Of a stretch of DNA of 64,000 nucleotides, positions 19,009 to 28,566 are shown one piece after another. The notes under the pieces are model-generated. The model was not told where the DNA came from and searched no databases. It was given only the letters and a program-made list of their open reading frames with translations. The position numbers were made by a program, and so were the translations under genes. The stretch is from positions 1-64,000 of IMG/VR virus record IMGVR_UViG_3300027833_000021. The stretch is one strand, 5' to 3'. Source of the DNA: a virus. Position 1 is the first letter of the stretch. Each line of letters begins with the position of its first letter.

Positions 19009-19955
19009 AGATTATATCTGGTAATAGTAATTTAAAACTAGCAGAAGAAATAGCATCACATTGTTTTGCTACTCTAGTTCCTGCTGAAATCAAAGCATTT
19101 GCAGATGGTGAAAGTAGTGTAGAGTTCTTAGAGAATGTTCGAGGCGAAGATGTCTTTATTGTACAGAGTACAAGTACTCCAGTAAACGACAATCTGATGG
19201 AAATGCTAGTAATGATTGATGCCGCTAAAAGAAGTAGTGCTAAACGTATTACAGCAGTCATACCTTACTTCGGTTATGCACGACAAGATAGAAAAAGTGC
19301 AAGTCGTACACCAATTACTGCAAAACTAGTAGCAAATCTAGTAACAGAAGCCGGTGCAGATAGAGTTTTAACAATGGACTTACATGCTGGACAAATCCAA
19401 GGCTTCTTTGATATTCCAGTTGATGATTTGACAAGTCGTATTGTATTTGCTAAAGATATTAAGAGACGATTAGGTGATAAAGCCTATAAAAATACAGTAT
19501 TCGTTTCACCTGATGCAGGTGGTACTATGAGAGCCCGTAAATTTGCTGAAATGTTTCATGGTGATATTGCTATCGTAGATAAACGTAGACCTAAAGCAGG
19601 TCAAAGTGAAGTAATGAACATTATTGGAGAAGTTGAAGGTCAACATGCGATATTAGTTGATGATATTATCGATAGTGGTGGAACATTATGTAATGCCGCA
19701 CAGGCTATTATGGATGCAGGTGCATTAAGTGTACGAGCATACATCACTCATGGAGTTTTGACTGGTGAAGCATGTCAAAAAGTGGAAAAGAGTGTGTTAG
19801 AAGAATTAGTCATTACAGATAGTATAGAATTTCGTTGTCCTAGCAATTTAAAGAAGACACGACAAGTTAGTGTTTCGAAATTGTTCGGTGAAGCAATTCG
19901 TAGAGTAAGTAATGAAGAAAGTGTAAGTTCACTATTTTATAATCAGAAAGTATAA
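19005..19955 (+). CDS. prs: Ribose-phosphate pyrophosphokinase (PRPP synthetase)
   Basis: [45 protein letters not shown]. Confidence 0.97.
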   Translation: MKIISGNSNLKLAEEIASHCFATLVPAEIKAFADGESSVEFLENVRGEDVFIVQSTSTPVNDNLMEMLVMIDAAKRSSAKRITAVIPYFGYARQDRKSASRTPITAKLVANLVTEAGADRVLTMDLHAGQIQGFFDIPVDDLTSRIVFAKDIKRRLGDKAYKNTVFVSPDAGGTMRARKFAEMFHGDIAIVDKRRPKAGQSEVMNIIGEVEGQHAILVDDIIDSGGTLCNAAQAIMDAGALSVRAYITHGVLTGEACQKVEKSVLEELVITDSIEFRCPSNLKKTRQVSVSKLFGEAIRRVSNEESVSSLFYNQKV

Positions 19956-19970
19956 CAAAAAGAGATTACA

Positions 19971-20186
19971 ATGGATGCAAGAATGCTACAAGTTGGCACA
20001 ATAATAGTTCATAAAACAACTAATAAGCAGGCTAAAATTACAGATGCTTATCATCCGCCAGATAATCCTTTTGTAGTGTCAATAACTTACAAATATGTAG
20101 ATACGGACAGAGTTCGTACTATAATTGACAGCACTTTAGAGCATTTCAGTGAAAATTGGACTGTTTTAGAAGAAAATCCTGTTTAA
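19971..20186 (+). CDS. Hypothetical protein
   Basis: 71-aa ORF. Confidence 0.6.
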   Translation: MDARMLQVGTIIVHKTTNKQAKITDAYHPPDNPFVVSITYKYVDTDRVRTIIDSTLEHFSENWTVLEENPV

Positions 20187-20209
20187 TTTGAAATAAAAAC
20201 CCCAAAAAC

Positions 20210-20239
20210 TTGACAAATCCTCGAATCAATGTATACTAT
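20210..20239 (+). promoter_or_regulatory. sigma70-type early promoter
   Basis: TTGACA followed by TATACT, A-rich UP-like region. Confidence 0.6.
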
Positions 20240-20269
20240 AAGTATATTCAATAAAAGAGAGGGTTAAAT

Positions 20270-20698
20270 ATGGCTTATATATCAACTGATGAAGTAAAAG
20301 CAGTTCGAGTTGCTCTTAAAGAGCGTTTCAAAAACAAACTTAAGTTCTCCGTTCGTAGAGAACACTATTCAAGTCTTAATGTTTCTATCGTTTCTGGTGA
20401 AATAAACTTCTTTGACGGAAGTTTAGACCGAAAAGACCCATGGAACAAAGAAGCCCCAAGTCATAAGTTTGATGGCTATGAGCAAATCAATGAGTATTAT
20501 CCTGAAAACTATGGTAAGCACTCAGAACTATTCAAAAACATTGTTGAGATTATGAAAACTGCACCTGCTAATGTAAAAGGTGGTCGTGCTTGGTATGATA
20601 ATTCAGATGCAATGACTGATTATTTTGATACTGCTTATTACACTCACATTAATGTTGGTAAGTGGGACAAGCCTTATGAATTTAAGGGAGCGAAATAA
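20270..20698 (+). CDS. Conserved phage early protein (LPD29-like)
   Basis: KFSVR and YDNSDAMTDYFD motifs. Confidence 0.55.
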   Translation: MAYISTDEVKAVRVALKERFKNKLKFSVRREHYSSLNVSIVSGEINFFDGSLDRKDPWNKEAPSHKFDGYEQINEYYPENYGKHSELFKNIVEIMKTAPANVKGGRAWYDNSDAMTDYFDTAYYTHINVGKWDKPYEFKGAK

Positions 20699-20949
20699 TG
20701 TCAGTAGAGTTAAAACCAATACTTGATAAAATCTATATCGATATAGATGGTCCTAATGGAAATGCATTTAATCTATTAGGAGCCGCTTCGGTTTTATCTA
20801 AGAAATATGATTTTCCTGGTGAGACGATTAGAGATGAAATGGCATCAGGTGATTATATGAATTTACTAAAGGTATTTGATGATAATTTTGGTGAGTTCGT
20901 AGTGTTACAAACTGAAAATGCTGAGTATCTTGAGGCATTTGCAAAATGA
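20698..20949 (+). CDS. Conserved small phage protein
   Basis: GPNGNAFNLLG and M.SGDY..LL motifs. Confidence 0.65.
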   Translation: MSVELKPILDKIYIDIDGPNGNAFNLLGAASVLSKKYDFPGETIRDEMASGDYMNLLKVFDDNFGEFVVLQTENAEYLEAFAK

Positions 20950-20955
20950 AAAAAC

Positions 20956-20983
20956 TTGACAGATATGATATCTGTGCTATAAT
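20956..20983 (+). promoter_or_regulatory. sigma70-type promoter with palindromic spacer
   Basis: TTGACA-N16-TATAAT; ACAGATAT-G-ATATCTGT. Confidence 0.6.
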
Positions 20984-21015
20984 ATAGTTATATTAAACAA
21001 TTGAGAGGGTTAAAT

Positions 21016-22029
21016 ATGAACATAGTAAAAATCGAAAACGGGTTATACAACAATACCGAAATCAACGGTTGCTTTCCATTAATCAAAGGTATCACTAAGT
21101 CGAAAGACGGGTCTTACTTTGTAAAAATTAAAGTAACTGATTCCGATGAAAAAGTATTTGCAGGACGTGATGCTTGTCGAATTAAGATTTCTAACCAAGA
21201 CCAAATCACCGAAGTTGAAGGTGATGCAGGCAAAGAATTAGTTGAAACAGAAGACCAAGCAATTGATAGAATTGCCGAGCGTTTCTCTATTTTAGAAGAA
21301 ATGACTGGTGCTACACTTGATGGAATCGTGCGAGGCATGGTGGTTACAGGACCTCCAGGAGTTGGTAAGACATTTGGTGTTGAACAAATACTTGAAAAAG
21401 ATAGTTTGTTTGATGTGATGGCAGACCGACCACTTCGTCATACATTTGTTAAAGGTGCCATGTCGGCAATTGGTTTATACAGTACACTTTACAAGTATTC
21501 GGACTCAAAAAGCATTGTAGTCCTAGACGATTGTGATAGTATTCTGTTTAATGAAGATGCTTTGAACATTCTGAAAGCCGCACTTGATAGTGGCAAGAAA
21601 AGACGTATTTCTTGGAACTCTGATTCCAACTTCCTACGCCGTGAAGGTGTTCCTGGTGAGTTCGAATTCAAAGGTTCAGTTATCTTTATTACAAACTTAA
21701 AGTTTGATAGTACTAGACAAACTAAAATCAAAGACCACTTAGAAGCAATTCTTTCTCGTTGTCATTACCTTGACCTTACACTTGATACTACACGTGATAA
21801 GATTATGAGAATTAAACAGATTGCACGTGATGGCGGTTTGTTTGATACTAAAGGTCTAACTAAAATCGAAGAGCAAGAAATTATTGAGTTCATGGTTGAT
21901 GAACAAGATAGATTACGTGAAGTTTCATTGCGAATGGCTCAAAAGATTGCTGACCTTCGTAATATGAATAAAGTAAGATGGAAAACTCTAGCGGAATCAA
22001 CATGTATGAAACGCAGAGTTAATTCATAA
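21016..22029 (+). CDS. AAA+/P-loop ATPase
   Basis: GPPGVGKT, VLDDCD, FITN, SRC arginine finger. Confidence 0.85.
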   Translation: MNIVKIENGLYNNTEINGCFPLIKGITKSKDGSYFVKIKVTDSDEKVFAGRDACRIKISNQDQITEVEGDAGKELVETEDQAIDRIAERFSILEEMTGATLDGIVRGMVVTGPPGVGKTFGVEQILEKDSLFDVMADRPLRHTFVKGAMSAIGLYSTLYKYSDSKSIVVLDDCDSILFNEDALNILKAALDSGKKRRISWNSDSNFLRREGVPGEFEFKGSVIFITNLKFDSTRQTKIKDHLEAILSRCHYLDLTLDTTRDKIMRIKQIARDGGLFDTKGLTKIEEQEIIEFMVDEQDRLREVSLRMAQKIADLRNMNKVRWKTLAESTCMKRRVNS

Positions 22030-22052
22030 AAGTTTAAAAAGTTAACCCCTCG

Positions 22053-22086
22053 GCGCCAGTAATAGAAATGTTACTGGCGTTTTTTA
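22053..22086 (+). terminator. Rho-independent terminator
   Basis: CGCCAGTAA/TTACTGGCG stem plus T run. Confidence 0.8.
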
Positions 22087-22098
22087 TGCAGAAACCAC

Positions 22099-22127
22099 TT
22101 GAATTATTCGGTGAGATATGTTATACT
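22099..22127 (+). promoter_or_regulatory. sigma70-type promoter
   Basis: TTGAAT-N17-TATACT with TG extension. Confidence 0.55.
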
Positions 22128-22153
22128 AAGTTAAATGTTAAGAAAAGATAATA

Positions 22154-23599
22154 ATGAATAAATGTACAATCATAATCAAGGACGAAGTAAACGTTAAGTT
22201 AGAAGGTCTTGACCCATCAACTCGTAGAAAATGCAGTGACAAATTGAAGTATTTCTTACCTCATGCATATCATATGCCTGCATACAAACTCGGTCGATGG
22301 GATGGCACAGTCCGCTTTTGTGATGTCGGTGGCAGAACATTTCTAAATCTATTAGATGATGTTTTACCAGTAATCATCGAACAAGGTTACGAGATAACCA
22401 TCGATGATAGGCGTGAGAACGAAGAAATGAGTTTTCCTATTATAACTGAGAACTTCTGGGAGGGAGTTACTTGGCCTGAAGGACATGCAAAAGCGGGCGA
22501 ACCAATCATCTTAAGAGACTATCAAGTAGAAGTAGTAAATCAATTCATATCAGCACCGCAGTGTTTACAAGAGATAGCCACAGGTGCAGGTAAAACGATT
22601 ATGACTGCAACTATGAGTAGAGTAGTTGAAAAATATGGCAGGTCAATCATCATTGTGCCTAACAAAGATTTGGTAAGGCAAACAGAAGAAGATTACAGAA
22701 ACTGTGGACTAGATGTTGGTGTATATTTTGGTGACAAAAAAGAAGAAGGCAAGACACATACAATTTGCACATGGCAATCTCTCAATTCGTTATTGAAGAA
22801 GACTAAGAAAGGTGAAGCAAACATCCAAGAATTCATCGAAGGTGTATGTTGTGTAATTGTTGATGAAACTCACCAAGCAAAAGCAGATGTATTGAAAGAT
22901 TTACTTACTAGTGTATTTGCTAATGTTCCTATTCGTTGGGGACTAACAGGAACTATTCCTAAGAGTGATTGGGAATCTGCTAGTTTGCGTAGTTCACTAG
23001 GTGAAGTAATAAACAAACTATCAGCAAAAGAATTACAGGACCAAGGTGTTCTAGCAAATTGTCATGTGAATATTGTACAGACACAAGAAACGGCTGTGTA
23101 TTCCAATTATCAAAATGAAATGACATTTTTACTTGAAGATAAAAAGCGGTTAGACTATGTTTCGAAAATGGTTAAAGATATCTCTAAAACCGGAAACACT
23201 TTGGTTCTTACAAATAGAATTAAAAATGGTGAAGCACTACAGGAGTTGATACCAGAATCTGAGTTCGTTCAAGGTTCGATGGCAGTCACAGATAGAAAAG
23301 ATGCTTATAATGAAATAAATGAAGGAACAAACACAATCACAATTGCTACTTATGGAGTAGCCGCAGTTGGTATTAATATTCCTCGTATCTTTAACTTAGT
23401 GTTATTAGAGCCAGGAAAATCTTTTGTTAGAGTTATCCAGTCAATTGGACGTGGTGTTCGAATGGCAGAAGATAAAGACTTTGTACAAATATGGGATGTA
23501 ACAAGTCGTTGTAAGTTTTCAAAAAGACATTTAACAGAAAGAAAAAAGTATTATAAAGAGGCATCATACCCATTCACAATCGATAAGATTACATATTAA
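22154..23599 (+). CDS. uvsW: SF2 DNA helicase (UvsW-like)
   Basis: LRDYQ, ATGAGKT, VDETH, LTGT, QSIGRGVR. Confidence 0.9.
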   Translation: MNKCTIIIKDEVNVKLEGLDPSTRRKCSDKLKYFLPHAYHMPAYKLGRWDGTVRFCDVGGRTFLNLLDDVLPVIIEQGYEITIDDRRENEEMSFPIITENFWEGVTWPEGHAKAGEPIILRDYQVEVVNQFISAPQCLQEIATGAGKTIMTATMSRVVEKYGRSIIIVPNKDLVRQTEEDYRNCGLDVGVYFGDKKEEGKTHTICTWQSLNSLLKKTKKGEANIQEFIEGVCCVIVDETHQAKADVLKDLLTSVFANVPIRWGLTGTIPKSDWESASLRSSLGEVINKLSAKELQDQGVLANCHVNIVQTQETAVYSNYQNEMTFLLEDKKRLDYVSKMVKDISKTGNTLVLTNRIKNGEALQELIPESEFVQGSMAVTDRKDAYNEINEGTNTITIATYGVAAVGINIPRIFNLVLLEPGKSFVRVIQSIGRGVRMAEDKDFVQIWDVTSRCKFSKRHLTERKKYYKEASYPFTIDKITY

Positions 23600-23608
23600 A
23601 GGATAATT

Positions 23609-24109
23609 ATGAAAATATTAACACCAGATAACAAATGTTTTGAAATGAACAGTTTACCAGAAGAAATTGATGACATTCGTTATTGTGTCATGGACGTAAC
23701 AGACAAAGACGACCCAGATTTCTTTTTTATTCCTTTAGTATTCATTGAGACTTTCAGTGCGCCTAGTATGAATATAAGTATTGGACCATATAACATTGAA
23801 ATGCCAATTGACTGGAATATTATGATTGGCGAGGCAGACCTAGGAGTTTGTGAATTCATTCCTCTTACAAGTATTAATGAAAGAAAATTTGATACACTAT
23901 TGACAAATCCATTAAAAGGGTTTACAATGGATTGGCAACCAATTAAAGTTAACAATGTGTTTGCAGATGTGAAATGGTTCTTTCCTAAATTGAAGTATGG
24001 ACACATTCTTGCAATACCATTAGAATATGGAGATAGCCCGAAATGTGCATATTTTGTAAAAGACTTAAATCGTATTCCGGACCAAATGGCAAGTTATGAC
24101 TTCTTCTAA
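23609..24109 (+). CDS. Conserved hypothetical protein
   Basis: AAGGA RBS, 166 aa, in replication operon. Confidence 0.7.
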   Translation: MKILTPDNKCFEMNSLPEEIDDIRYCVMDVTDKDDPDFFFIPLVFIETFSAPSMNISIGPYNIEMPIDWNIMIGEADLGVCEFIPLTSINERKFDTLLTNPLKGFTMDWQPIKVNNVFADVKWFFPKLKYGHILAIPLEYGDSPKCAYFVKDLNRIPDQMASYDFF

Positions 24110-24299
24110 TAAACACATGATAGCGATAGACGACATAGACGAAAGTAAGAATGCGTTTCTGTGGTGTAAAGAAAAGTTGAAAGTCAATAGTTGGTGCTAT
24201 AATGTAGGAAGTAATGCAGATTACTTTTTCTTTAATGAAGACAAAGACGCACAGTTTTTTATTACTGTGCATGGTGGAAGGTATTACGATGGCCGCTAA
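24096..24299 (+). CDS. Small hypothetical protein (WC...FxFxxxxDAxxF family)
   Basis: Shares C-terminal pattern with 26406-26726. Confidence 0.55.
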   Translation: MTSSNKHMIAIDDIDESKNAFLWCKEKLKVNSWCYNVGSNADYFFFNEDKDAQFFITVHGGRYYDGR

Positions 24300-24774
24300 G
24301 TTGCCTCTAAGTGATGTACTAAGTGCAATTGATAGAAGAGATTTCAATTGGTATGCTAACCTTGATGCTGAGAAAAAGAAAGCATGGAGTAGTTGGCTAT
24401 TCATTCGATATGTGAGTTCTACAAAGGGCAAAGATAGAGATGAACTATTACTCAATACGAATGAGTTTGTAAACAAGAACTATGGTGATATTCATAAACA
24501 TGAAGAACTTGTTTGGAAGTTAATGTGTTTGACTGGCACAGGTAAGAAACAGTTCCATGAGTGGATTAAGCCACCTAATTCGAAGATAAAGAAAGATGCA
24601 ATCTCACAGTTCGTATCAGAAACATATCCTACCTTAAATGGTAGAGAAGTAGAATTGATGATAAAGATGAATGACGTTGCTGATATAAAACAAATGGCAA
24701 TCGACATGGGTATGTCTGATAAAGAAGTCAGTGAAATTTTTGAAAAAAAGAAAACAAAGAAGAAGAAAAAATAA
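24289..24774 (+). CDS. Probable clamp-loader small subunit (gp62-like)
   Basis: W...RYVS...NE..N....KKQFHEWIK pattern; ATG at 24289. Confidence 0.45.
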   Translation: MAAKLPLSDVLSAIDRRDFNWYANLDAEKKKAWSSWLFIRYVSSTKGKDRDELLLNTNEFVNKNYGDIHKHEELVWKLMCLTGTGKKQFHEWIKPPNSKIKKDAISQFVSETYPTLNGREVELMIKMNDVADIKQMAIDMGMSDKEVSEIFEKKKTKKKKK

Positions 24775-25446
24775 ATGTTTGAATGTCAATATTGTCAGAA
24801 AAAGTTCAAAGGTGAAAAGACCTTAATGGTCCACGTCTGTGAACCTAAAAGACGATACATGAATAAAAATGAGAAGTATTCTAGGTTGGCATTTTATGCC
24901 TTCAATCGTTTTTATGAAATGACACAAGCAGTTGGTAAACCAATTGAATTTGATATGTTTGCAAAAAGCAAGTTTTATCTAGGGTTTACTAAATTTGGTA
25001 AACATATCATAAATATAAATGCAATAAATCCGGAAGAATATATTGACTTTGTTATACGAAATAGTGTAAAATTAGATAAATGGACATCTGATTCAGTATA
25101 TGAAACTTATATACAAGAACTGAATAGAAAAGAATCAGCCGACCGAGCAGTAGAACGAAGCATACTATTGATGCAGAAGTGGGGCGAAGAATATGATAGA
25201 CCTTTTAACAAGTTTTTTAAAGAAGTCAGTAAACCATTGGCTATTCATTATATCAAATCAGGACGCCTTAGTCCTTGGGTTATTTTTAATAGTGATAATG
25301 GTGCTGAGTTGATTGATAGTTTTTCTGACCATGAGTTGACTTTAATAAATGAGAATTTAGAGCCAGCATTTTGGACAAGAAAATTTAATGCAAGAGCAGA
25401 AGATGTTCAGTTCGTTAAAATGATATTGAAGAAGGCAGGTATATAA
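24775..25446 (+). CDS. Zn-finger-containing conserved hypothetical protein
   Basis: N-terminal CQYC..F......HVC. Confidence 0.65.
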   Translation: MFECQYCQKKFKGEKTLMVHVCEPKRRYMNKNEKYSRLAFYAFNRFYEMTQAVGKPIEFDMFAKSKFYLGFTKFGKHIININAINPEEYIDFVIRNSVKLDKWTSDSVYETYIQELNRKESADRAVERSILLMQKWGEEYDRPFNKFFKEVSKPLAIHYIKSGRLSPWVIFNSDNGAELIDSFSDHELTLINENLEPAFWTRKFNARAEDVQFVKMILKKAGI

Positions 25447-25637
25447 TGGCAACAAAAAAAGAAACCTCTGTAGTTGGCAGTTTGCTAATTCAGAAAGACC
25501 CAGAAACAGGTGAATTATATATAGAGTTACCAAAGGGAACTTTAGAGAAGTTGGGTTGGACAGAAGACGATGATTTAGAGTGGATAGAAAATCCAGACGG
25601 TAGTTGGAGTGTAATCAAAAAGGAGAATAAAAAATGA
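25446..25637 (+). CDS. AbrB/MazE/SpoVT-like small DNA-binding protein
   Basis: LYIELP...LEKLGW...D.LEW. Confidence 0.6.
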   Translation: MATKKETSVVGSLLIQKDPETGELYIELPKGTLEKLGWTEDDDLEWIENPDGSWSVIKKENKK

Positions 25638-25927
25638 ACCCAGATGATTTGATGATAACATTAGATTCAGATAGCGATGATAGTGGTTACACATCACCCA
25701 CTACAATAACACTTGATGATAATTATTGGACTGATATGGTAACGGATACAAGAGACCAAGAAGCATTCAAATCAATAAATGACAGACTGTCAACTATTGA
25801 AAGTCGCTTATCAATTCTTAAACCAGACGCAGAGATGTTATCAAAATATGAAGTATTACAAGATATTTACAAACAATACAAGGCGGCAGAAGCATTGCTT
25901 TCTGGACCAGATGCGGAGACAGAATGA
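25634..25927 (+). CDS. Hypothetical coiled-coil protein
   Basis: AAGGAG RBS; INDRLSTIESRLSIL. Confidence 0.65.
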   Translation: MNPDDLMITLDSDSDDSGYTSPTTITLDDNYWTDMVTDTRDQEAFKSINDRLSTIESRLSILKPDAEMLSKYEVLQDIYKQYKAAEALLSGPDAETE

Positions 25928-26418
25928 AAAATACTAGAGAATATACTTGGCAAGGAGTAGAAGAGGCAGTTAATTCAATTGCTATGCAAATGTTTAAAGA
26001 TGAATGGCGACCAGATTACATTGTTGGTATAACTCGTGGTGGTTTAGTGCCAGCAGTTCTTCTTTCACATGCTACTGATATTCCAATGAAAACATTATGC
26101 GTTCAATTAGAATCAGATGGGTTAGAAGCAAATACTGAACGAAATGCCATCATGGCTAAACATGCATTAAAAGAATATAAGAAAATTCTTATCATTGATG
26201 ATATCAATCGAGGCGGCGATGCACTACAATGGATTCAAAATGATTGGCAAGATGCTATGGGTTTCTCAGGTGACTACACGCCAGAACAATGGCATACAAA
26301 TGTAAGATTTGCTTCACTAATTGATAACCCTAATTCAAAAGTTCCTATGGACTACTGTAACGAAGAAATTGATTTAGATGATGAAGAACTCTGGGTGGAG
26401 TTTCCGTGGGAGAGTTAA
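25924..26418 (+). CDS. Type I phosphoribosyltransferase (Gpt-like)
   Basis: IVGITRGGLVPA, ILIIDDIN.GG, WVEFPWE. Confidence 0.85.
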   Translation: MKNTREYTWQGVEEAVNSIAMQMFKDEWRPDYIVGITRGGLVPAVLLSHATDIPMKTLCVQLESDGLEANTERNAIMAKHALKEYKKILIIDDINRGGDALQWIQNDWQDAMGFSGDYTPEQWHTNVRFASLIDNPNSKVPMDYCNEEIDLDDEELWVEFPWES

Positions 26419-26726
26419 TCAGAAGAAACCCACTTAGAACACAAGAACGTCTTATGAGACTTCGTAGAATTGTAGGTCCTGAGAAGAACCCTAAAAGACG
26501 TTTTGCTTCTGATTTTGATAATGATGATTATTTAAAATGGACTGCTATCTCGTCTGATAAGATAGATTACGAGTTGAAGCCATTAGTAAGAGGTGCAGGT
26601 CGATTAGGAGAACTAGTTGATTGGTGTGATGACAATTGTAATGGAATATATGTTATAGGAAAAAGTGATAAGATATATTTCGAAGACGAAAATGATGCGG
26701 CAATGTTCGCTTTGGTGTGGAAATGA
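26406..26726 (+). CDS. Hypothetical protein (WC...FEDENDAAMF)
   Basis: Overlapping ORF in operon. Confidence 0.6.
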   Translation: MGELIRRNPLRTQERLMRLRRIVGPEKNPKRRFASDFDNDDYLKWTAISSDKIDYELKPLVRGAGRLGELVDWCDDNCNGIYVIGKSDKIYFEDENDAAMFALVWK

Positions 26727-27316
26727 ATGTAGTAAAAACTGATATTGATATTGATGTAGTGAGTAGAGATGATTTGCTTGTACACTTCAAGCACATACCT
26801 GCCATTATAAAAAAGAAAGACAATACATATGATAAACATAACAGCGGTGTATATCTTCAGCCTATTCCATTTGACCAACTTACCGGTCTTTCATCAATTG
26901 ATTATAAAGAGGCAGAAGACAGAGGATACTTCAAGTTAGATTTTCTAAACAACTCTCTATACGAAGGTGTTCGTAATGAAGAACACTTGGATAAATTGAC
27001 AAAACAAGAACCAATATGGGACTTATTACAACATGAAGATGTTGTTAAAAATCTCGCACATGTTCACGCTCATATCAAAGTATTAAGAGTATTAAAACCT
27101 CAGAGTATTATAGAACTTGCAGAAGTATTAGCAATCATTCGCCCAGCAAAAAGACCTCTCTTAAATGAGAGTAAAGAAAAAATTAAAAAAGAAGTATGGG
27201 TAAAACCAATGGACGGTTCATATTATTTTAAAAAAGCACATGCTATTGCATATGCTGTTAGTATCGTTGTACAACTTAATCTATTTTGCGAACAAGTTGA
27301 ACAGAACGCCTCTTAA
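26723..27316 (+). CDS. DNA polymerase III alpha (DnaE)-like catalytic core, miniature/split
   Basis: DIDID, HNSGVY, GYFKLDFLN, LAIIRP, FKKAHAIAYA correspond to DnaE motifs. Confidence 0.8.
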   Translation: MNVVKTDIDIDVVSRDDLLVHFKHIPAIIKKKDNTYDKHNSGVYLQPIPFDQLTGLSSIDYKEAEDRGYFKLDFLNNSLYEGVRNEEHLDKLTKQEPIWDLLQHEDVVKNLAHVHAHIKVLRVLKPQSIIELAEVLAIIRPAKRPLLNESKEKIKKEVWVKPMDGSYYFKKAHAIAYAVSIVVQLNLFCEQVEQNAS

Positions 27317-27668
27317 TTCTCTTTTGAATTATATTCGATAAACTAGTTTCAGGTCCCCATAACACTTCGCAGTCTTTAGTATTCATGTTTAGAATATATT
27401 CACTGAAAGGCTCAATTTGAGAACGAAGAAAAAGGTTTATAGGAATTAGTCTATTCGATTCCCACCACCATTGTTCGCCAAGTTCAATGAAATGCTTTCT
27501 AGCCTCTGCGGACTCTAGCAGTTCAAAGTTGTACATTGACGTTATAGTAGCATCACTGTTAATTATGATTCCAAGATATTCAGTGTATTCCTTTTTATTG
27601 CCATATTTGACACAGGAAAAGAACGGATAGTTTTCTTGGAGCCATTGTATTTTATCTTCGTCTATCAT
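27276..27668 (-). CDS. Conserved hypothetical protein
   Basis: 130 aa with WWWESNR.IPI; late box CATAAATA on - strand at 27675-27682. Confidence 0.7.
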   Translation of the reverse strand: MIDEDKIQWLQENYPFFSCVKYGNKKEYTEYLGIIINSDATITSMYNFELLESAEARKHFIELGEQWWWESNRLIPINLFLRSQIEPFSEYILNMNTKDCEVLWGPETSLSNIIQKRIKRRSVQLVRKID

Positions 27669-27674
27669 AAAATA

Positions 27675-27714
27675 TATTTATGCAATCTGGAATTCGTCTT
27701 CTGGAAGATAAATA
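27675..27714. promoter_or_regulatory. Divergent late promoters (CATAAATA on -, GATAAATA on + at 27707-27714)
   Basis: Back-to-back octamers 5-6 nt upstream of each ATG. Confidence 0.65.
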
Positions 27715-27719
27715 CATAT

Positions 27720-28523
27720 ATGATAAACTTTAACTTATACCAATATACACGAGAAATAGAAGTTGTTATGCAAGATGGCGACAACAATGCAACTATGACT
27801 CAATTCCTGGGGAATATGCCGATGTATGATACTACACACAAACTACACAAGGGTATTGATAATACTCTTAGATTTAAATTTAGAGATACAGACAGAAAGT
27901 CTGTAGACCTTACTGGAAAAACAGTTATATGGAAAATGTATGACCGACAATCCAGAGAGAATGTTCTCTTTAGATATCTTACAGTTACAAATGCAACCAA
28001 AGGAATGGCTACAGTTTCAATACCAACATCAGATACAATCATGCTCCCAGAAGGATTTTATCAATATGCGATGTACACAGTTGAAAATGGTGTAGAGCAA
28101 ATCATTTATACAGATACAAATGATAATGCTCATGGTGTACTTGAAGTATTAGATGACGTTTATCCTACATTTGCTGATTCACAAGAAACATCTACTTTCT
28201 TTAATGACGGTTCAAAGATGATTTCAACAGTGTTTGATGGAGCAGGTGATACAATCAAATCAAAATCACTACATACATTTGCTGTTTACTATACAGGATT
28301 TACAGGAGTTATAAAGATAGAAGGTGATTTGAGTGAACAAGCAAGTTCATCAGATAACGATTGGTTTGACCTAACACCTAGACTTATGTATGACCCGTCT
28401 ATTACGATTAATAATGAAACTGGTGTACAAGGTTATGTTATTCAAGCAAACGTAAACTGGCTTAGAATTACATATCCAAATACAGCAACAGGTACAGTAG
28501 ATAAGATATTACTAAGAAACTAA
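27720..28523 (+). CDS. Virion structural protein (BppU-like beta-sandwich N-terminus)
   Basis: GIDNTLRFKF.D.D.K.VDLTG...G.Y.Y pattern; late box; ATG at 27720. Confidence 0.5.
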   Translation: MINFNLYQYTREIEVVMQDGDNNATMTQFLGNMPMYDTTHKLHKGIDNTLRFKFRDTDRKSVDLTGKTVIWKMYDRQSRENVLFRYLTVTNATKGMATVSIPTSDTIMLPEGFYQYAMYTVENGVEQIIYTDTNDNAHGVLEVLDDVYPTFADSQETSTFFNDGSKMISTVFDGAGDTIKSKSLHTFAVYYTGFTGVIKIEGDLSEQASSSDNDWFDLTPRLMYDPSITINNETGVQGYVIQANVNWLRITYPNTATGTVDKILLRN

Positions 28524-28531
28524 TTAACCTA

Positions 28532-28560
28532 TTGACATTTGTGTTCCATTGGTGTATTAT
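28532..28560 (+). promoter_or_regulatory. sigma70-type promoter for primase (leaderless)
   Basis: TTGACA-N17-TATTAT, ATG 7 nt downstream. Confidence 0.6.
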
Positions 28561-28566
28561 AAGTAC

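Noticed and set aside
25446-25927. Toxin-antitoxin pair (AbrB/MazE-like gene plus neighbour)
   Set aside because: The downstream ORF shows no PIN, MazF or RelE features; it looks like a coiled-coil protein.
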